From contig OX597826.1 in the NCBI GenBank assembly GCA_951406725.2, forward strand, positions 60,036,001 to 60,160,000: DNA of 124,000 nucleotides. Direction: 5' to 3'. This DNA is from Octopus vulgaris (taxonomy: Eukaryota). Positions within the stretch are counted from its first letter, which is position 1. Each line of letters starts with the position of its first letter. The translations under genes and the position numbers were made by a program. Below, piece after piece: positions 117,001 to 124,000 of this stretch. The notes beneath the pieces are model-generated. The model saw only the letters and a list, made by a program, of their open reading frames with translations. It ran no database searches and was not told where the DNA came from.

Positions 117001-117394
117001 AGTAGTTTTGACAAAAAATTTTTAGCAAGGTTCATTAATCACACAAAAACGTTTCCATTAGTTTAGTGTATGTTGAAAGATCAGGAGAGTGCAAAGAAAG
117101 TTAATTTTTGTGCAGCATAGTCAGTAGACTGCGTTGCGATTATATGTCCCCTAGCTTCTAGGTTGCTTCTCAAAATATGCTTTTTTGTCTTATTGCGTTT
117201 ATATGGATGATTTTAAAGGATTTGTTAAAACACAGCTACGATATAAATATTCATTTCTTTGTGACACAATGATGTTTAGTAGAAGGAGAAGGTTCACTCG
117301 AAAACTAGAATAGTTCTTTTATTCATAACACACCTAATATAATCATTCGTCAATTAGACGAAACACGGAATATAAAGCAACTACAATATTATTT

Positions 117395-117880
117395 CCTACT
117401 CTAGGCACAGAGCCCGAAACTTTTGAGGAGGGGGCCAGTCGATTAAATAGACCCCAGTATGCAACTGGTACTTAATTTATCGGCCCCGGAAGGATGAAAG
117501 GCAAAGCTAACCTCTGCGGAATTTGATCTCAGAACGTAGACAGACGAAATACCTATTTCTTTACAACCCACAAGGGGCTAAACATAGAGTGGACAAACAA
117601 CGACGGAGAAAAGGATTAAGTCGTTTACATCGACCCCAGTGCGTAACTGGTACTTAATTTATCAACCCCGAAATGATGAAAGGCAAAGTCGACCTCGGCG
117701 GAATTTGAACTCACAACGTCACGGCAGACAAAATACCGCTAAGCATTTCGCCCACCGTTCTAACGTTTCTGCCAGCTCGCCGCCTTAAACCAACTACAAT
117801 ATTCATTTCTACTTTGGGTACAAGGCCTGAAAATTTTTTTTCGGGGAGCGGGGTAGTCGAATTGATCGACGTCAGTATGA
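117395..117880 (-). mobile_element. Family B dimer plus a third partial unit
   Basis: Junction CAGACGAAATAC|CTATTTCTTTAC at about 117552, as at about 10538. Confidence 0.85.
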
Positions 117881-118669
117881 AACTAATGAAAGCGCAGCAA
117901 CTCCGTTGCAACAGCTCTGAAGATAAAATCGTTGCCAAATCTCGACAATTAAATGAGGAGTTCACCATGTAATTAACTAATCAATTTCGTGCCTTTCACG
118001 CCTTCGAGTAACTGCTGCGTGTGTTATTCTTTACGCTACGGGAGTTTAAAAACCATGTAACCTTAATAAATAATTGCATTAGCAATATTCTACAAACTAC
118101 ATTGAAGTAGTCTAACGTCACCGAGAACATACAACGATGGTGAAAAATACACAGAGGTGTCTCACGTACCTATCAATATATTATAACGCTATTCTTAATC
118201 GATGACACAATCAACGCCTTTCTTCACCGCCAAAATTATGTCTAATTAAATAACAGATACGCTACATGGTATATGCACAACGTAATACCTGTTTGCTACC
118301 GGGAATCATTGTACACTATGATCTATGTCTCCTCAGACAGACAGCTGTTTAGATAACGATCATTCATTCATTTTATATATTTCCCTGGCTAGACGTTTTG
118401 TCTGAAAATGTCTGACAGTTTACATTACAGCTGCGCTCAATCTATTTTTTTCGGAAAAAGAGGAGGCGGGGGTAATATAACTTCCGGACTCTTTCGCATT
118501 TTCTCATATTTTCTATAATTGTCTTAAACTTCAATTACGCCGATACATACTTCTCCTTAAGTTTATAAATTAGCACAATGGATATATATAATATATATAT
118601 ATATATATATAAATACATATATGTATCATAACGAGGGGACAGCTACCATATATATATATATATATATAT

Positions 118670-118880
118670 ATAGTTAATCCAAACATGAACAAAGAGAAAA
118701 CACAATAACACGAGGACGTGGAACAAGTATAGTGTTATTTGACGCTCAGGAAAGGAAAGAAAGAATGGGAATTTAACGTTTCGAACGGAGCACTTCGTCA
118801 GAAATATACAAAAAAATGAAAAATCCAAGAATGGGAAGACGGAGAAAGAAAATCGCCAAAGATAGACTCACGGTCACATA
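118670..118880 (-). mobile_element. H1 element
   Basis: H1 tail and 5' motif GGCGATTTTCTTTCTCC. Confidence 0.8.
118771..118805 (-). ncRNA. Minimal type I hammerhead, intact core, weakened stem II
   Basis: ATTT-CTGACGA-A-GTGC(TCC)GTTC-GAAACGTT-AAAT. Confidence 0.6.
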
Positions 118881-120384
118881 TTGAAGCGACCGGAAGGGAA
118901 TGGGGGGAAGTTCATTCAAAGACAGTAGAGTGCAAGAGAATGAGGTATGTGTGTGTGGGGGATGTATATATATATATAATAGATACAACATTGCATGATT
119001 TCGGATGCGTCCTTAATTTCTTGTTAGATTCATAGAAAGGAGGTTGCGAGATACACCGTATTTTCGGCAGGGGAGACCTTTCCTTCCAAAAGGAAAGAAA
119101 AACATAGCAGTATGAAAAGAACTGACACCAGTTCAAGCTTGGTACTTCGTCCGTCGAACTCAATAGAAAGAAAGAAAGTGTTAATGTAATCTGGATTTGA
119201 ACTCAGTGCGCACTGAGCCGGGTGATTGTACAAAACGATTTCTTCGATTCTTTCACATATATGTAAGTGTACATATACGTATGTATGTATGTATGTATGT
119301 ATGTATGTATGTATGTATGTATGTATGTATGTATGTATGTATGTATGCATGTATGTATGTATGCATGCATGCATGCAATATTATTAATAAATATCTTAGC
119401 AGACAATAATGGATGAATGAAATTAAATAAAAACAGTTGATAATGATGCCGATATTAGCTTTCATGTTTATGGTTGGGGTGGTTTTGATGATCACGATGA
119501 TGATGATGACGATTACGATGATGATGTGATGATAATTACATTATTTTATTTGCGGGCAATGTTCCAAAGTCGTGTTGGTTTTACAAGGCAGGAATTGAAT
119601 ATTCTTACAAAAAGTGTCGGCGGATTTATGCTATATATGACTGCAAAATTAATCACAATAAAAACTGAGTTAAGATGACATAACAACTTGTAACTATAAC
119701 GATAAAGAAAGACAGAATCATCGGGGAGAACAATAAAACATAAATTGGTAAATTTTACACAAACCTCGAATATACTTAACGCGCGAAAGACAAGGGTTTA
119801 GGACCAATCCTTAGTTCAGTGTCATAAGTCCACGCAGTCTCAGAAATTTTGCCACTCTCACGCACATTTCATTAAAAACCTGGAAAATATTACATCCATT
119901 TTATTCATTCAAACATGTTAATATGTGCTGATAGTGGTACACATTTAGGCGCAAGCTGCACTGACAGTTTGAACGTCTACGTCTGCTGAAGGTTGTATGT
120001 CTTTATATAATCTAGGTACGCATACATGTTTGTAAATGCGGCTAGGCTCCGTGCGTTAGTATTTGCTCATTAGGACATTGAAGTATTTAACACAGTGACA
120101 AGAATATTTCGTTACAGATTGGTTGGTCAAGTTATGACCCCCTTCTCATGAAACATGCCACAACAGGCTATGTTTATTGTCCCACTGTTTACAATTTTAC
120201 CATTTCGTTACTCGGTCTCTCTCTCTCAATCTACTGCACCCAAAAAAACATATCTAATTAGATTTCACATTGAATATAGTTGGTTAGAGAATTATTATTG
120301 CTGTCGAACAGATTTTCGAAATCAGCAAATGTATTTTGCTTGAAAATCTATATAAATATCCTGCAGAGTGGGTTGTTCGTCGAG

Positions 120385-120457
120385 GAAGCGGTTGCCTACC
120401 ATACGTTGATAATAGGCAAACACCTTGAAACCTAGGTCCGTGTGTGGTTTCCGCTTC
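120385..120457 (+). ncRNA. Type I hammerhead ribozyme candidate with U3-A8 variant core and extended stem I
   Basis: GAAGCGG-TTGCCT-ACCATACG-TTGATAA-T-AGG(CAAACA)CCT-T-GAAA-CCTAGG-TC^-CGTGTGTGGT-TT-CCGCTTC; GUC site after 120438. Confidence 0.65.
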
Positions 120458-120614
120458 ATCGGGGAATTATCTCCCTTTGCAGGATAGAGGACGCCGTGAT
120501 GGTGTCAAGCCTATCTGGCGACGTTGATGTTCGCCTGGTGCTAAATGCAACAGTAACACCCCCACCACCCTGCCCTGTCCCTAGCCATATTCAGATGGCT
120601 TTAGTCCCTTATGT

Positions 120615-120699
<85 letters not shown>

Positions 120700-120707
<8 letters not shown>

Positions 120708-120946
120708 ATATTTCGGAATGGTCATATTGCCAGTTTAGCCAATAAAAACACACGCACTATATATTTGGTGTTATTTTGCTTCAGTGATATTTATTTTTAC
120801 ATTAATCTTAATCTTATTTTGGCCGAAATAAGATTAAGATTAATGTAAAAAATAAATATCACTGAAGCAAAATAACACCAAATATATAGTGCGTGTGTTT
120901 TTATTGGCTAAACTGGCAATATGACCATTCCGAAATATAACAATAT
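120700..120946. repeat. 247 bp essentially perfect palindrome
   Basis: Arms 120700-120822 and 120823-120946 differ by one indel and one T/G mismatch beside the GGCC centre. Confidence 0.95.
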
Positions 120947-121000
120947 CTGTTTCAACACACGACTTCACATAAAAAATCTTGCACAACAAATATTTAAACG

Positions 121001-121034
<34 letters not shown>

Positions 121035-121060
121035 CATACGTATATATACATATCTATATC

Positions 121061-121102
<42 letters not shown>

Positions 121103-121227
121103 CGTACATATATGTATAATATATTATATGTATATATATATATATATATATAGATATATATATATATATACACAGACACAAAAAAAAGAGAAAGAAACAA
121201 TGATATTTGGAGAGTAAAATATGTATA

Positions 121228-121530
121228 CTCTTTTACGTGTTTCAGTCATTTTACTGTGGCTATGCTGGAGCACCGCCTTTAGTAAACACACCAGCATCGG
121301 TATCCAGTGATGTTGGTGGACAAACACTCACACACAAACACACACACACACACATACATATATATACATATATACGACGGGCTTCTTTCAGTTTCGTCTA
121401 CAATATCCACTCACGAGGGTTTGGTCGGCCCGAGGCTATAGTAGAATACACTTGCCCAAGGTGCCACGCAGTGGGACTGAAGATGGAATCATGTGGCTCG
121501 AAGGAAGCTACTTACCACACAGCCAATTTT
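121228..121530 (-). mobile_element. SINE family A with internal deletion
   Basis: Family A motifs. Confidence 0.85.
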
Positions 121531-121819
121531 ACACCTATGTATGTACATATATATAAGTATATATTTATGTATACGAGGGTGCTTGAATACCTGTGCTAAA
121601 TGCAATGGCAGGTAACGGTGGGGGAAGTTTTGGTTTAATGGTTATCACTATGGAGACACAATTGACAGGCACATGGTTCGTTTCCCTGAGGTGATTTTGT
121701 TCAGTTTTGTGCGTCTTATGCAGCGCTGTGAATGTATTTAAATCTTAAGCATTTACATCATATTAGACAGGCACAACTATACACACACACAAAAACATAC
121801 ATACATACATACATACATG

Positions 121820-121887
<68 letters not shown>

Positions 121888-121976
121888 CACATATATAATA
121901 TGTTATATAATATAATAAATTACATACGTATATATATTTTTTATTTTTATATGTATATATATATACATACACACAC

Positions 121977-122010
<34 letters not shown>

Positions 122011-122910
122011 ATGTGTGTGTGCTTATGTGTGTGTGCGTGTGTGTGTGTATGTGTGTGTGTGTGGGGGGGGGGTATGTATTCCAATATAAACAAAGGTATT
122101 CCAATACAAACACGTGCGGGACCGATGAGCTTAAAATTATGTTAATTCTACCATTGAAATACGGATTAATTCTTTAAAATATTACAAAATAAAATGTAAA
122201 TGGCTAATCATATATTACGAAAACATTTATATTTAATACCTTATAATATACAATAAGCTTCTTATATTTTAAATCTGCTGAAATTCTGAGTTTTCACATG
122301 TACACGCAGATGCTGACAAATCCAATGCATTGAACGTATTTGTGAAACATCCATAAACTTTTTAATGGCCTCTGACACGGCACATACAAACAAGCGCTTA
122401 CTTAGTAACTTAAATGAAACAACGGATTGATAATAACTACTGAGATCCATAACTAAATAATATTTGCTAATATGCGCATATTCTGCTGTGAAATTTGTTA
122501 AGAAATCGTACCTAGCTTAACTGTAACTATGTTGCTAATTTCTCAGCATTGAAGATTTTTTCTCTTACTGTTAATAACGTTTAAAATCATATGACCAGTT
122601 ATACAATGAAAACATACTGGTACTTTATAAATAATTTCTTTTAAGATTAAGGAGATATGGCTGCGTGGTAAAAAAGTTTGCTTCTCAATCACATAGTTCG
122701 GGTTTCTGTCCCACTGCCTGACAATTTGGACAAGTGCCGTGCATCATAGTCTCAAGCCGATCAGACCCTTGTAAGTGGATTTGATAGGCGGAAACTGAAA
122801 GAAGCTCGTCGTACTTATATATATATATTTATATATATATACATGTCTCTACGAGAGATTTAGAAATTTAGTATTTCTGATATATATATATATGTGTGTG
122901 TGCGTGTGTA

Positions 122911-123015
<105 letters not shown>

Positions 123016-123062
123016 GAAAAAACAAGTCAAATTAGAAAATGCTAAAGTAATTTTATAAAGAA

Positions 123063-123110
123063 CATTTCAGTACCGGTTTCGGTCATTTTGAGACCTTTTC
123101 AACTGTAACG
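123063..123110 (-). ncRNA. Minimal type I hammerhead with U3-A8 variant core
   Basis: CGTTACAG-TTGAAAA-GGTC(TCAAAAT)GACC-GAAA-CCGG-TA^-CTGAAATG; G10.1-C11.1 present, palindromic ACCGGU helix III, GUA site. Confidence 0.7.
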
Positions 123111-123234
123111 ATTAAATAGAAAAATTAAAAGAAAAGATTTTTTAAAGGAATATTTGTATAGTGTTCAAATATAAGTGGCATTCTGCCTTTCTCTGCCTCC
123201 CTTGTTTGCGCTTGTGTGTTCTAGGCCGTTGTGG

Positions 123235-123298
<64 letters not shown>

Positions 123299-123404
123299 TA
123301 CATATATATATATGTATACATATATATATGTATACATATAAAAAAAACAGTAATACAGAGATAAAATACTCAAACTTTTTTAAAATACCTTTTAAAATCA
123401 AGGA

Positions 123405-123790
123405 TATGAGGGTGTGTGGTTAGAAGCTTGTTTCCAAACGACATGGTTCTGGGTTCAGTCCGACTATGTGGCGCCTAGAGCAAGAGTCTTCTACGATAAC
123501 TTCGGGTTGACCAGAACCTTGCCACTAGATTTGATAGACGGAAGCTGAAAGAAGCCCGTCATATATATGCGAGAGTGTGTCTATGTATCTATGTTTTTCA
123601 CGCCACCATCGCCCCACACCCAATATTGGGGTGTTTACGTCCCCATAACTTAGCAGTTGATAAATATAATCGATAGAGTAACAGCTAGGATAACATAGAA
123701 TGAGTTCTGCTCTCGATTTCTTCGACTAAACGCATTAAGGTGGTGCCCCAACATCGCCGCAATCAAATGATTGAAGGAAGCAAAAAAATA
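123405..123790 (+). mobile_element. SINE family A (old, diverged)
   Basis: Recognisable head, middle and tail. Confidence 0.75.
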
Positions 123791-123802
123791 TACACACACA
123801 CA

Positions 123803-123857
<55 letters not shown>

Positions 123858-124000
123858 AGGACTGGCTGTGTGATAAGTAGTTTGCTTACAATGCACAAGG
123901 TTCTGGGGTCAGTCCCATTGTATGACACCTTGGGCAAGTGATTTCTACTGTAATGAAATTACGACATGCATATGGTGCGTTATAAGAATTTATAGAAAGG

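Overview
Eukaryotic, AT-rich, microsatellite-saturated DNA. The tRNA-derived SINE families and simple-repeat load point to an octopus genome; this is inferred from sequence style, not a database match. I found no host gene that I can support, so the window reads as intergenic or a giant intron, with only two weak exon candidates. Nearly all ORF-track entries are translations of (TA)n, (CA)n, (GAT)n or (GGT)n. Recognisable content: at least 4 tRNA-derived SINE families, decayed DNA transposons (Tigger/pogo, Tc1, two mariner pieces, a non-autonomous Helitron), LINE fragments (RTE, CR1-like, RLE-type R4/Dong-like) and a Penelope-like GIY-YIG fragment. The most interesting layer is absent from the ORF track: a dispersed set of minimal type I hammerhead ribozyme motifs with palindromic helix III, carried by short non-coding elements that often form long inverted repeats. 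Two well-formed motifs (120385-120457 + and 123063-123110 -) replace the C3-G8 core pair with a compensatory U3-A8 pair. There are also several 130-420 bp foldbacks. All structures were paired by eye; no folding, alignment or database search was run, and novelty relative to the literature is unverified.
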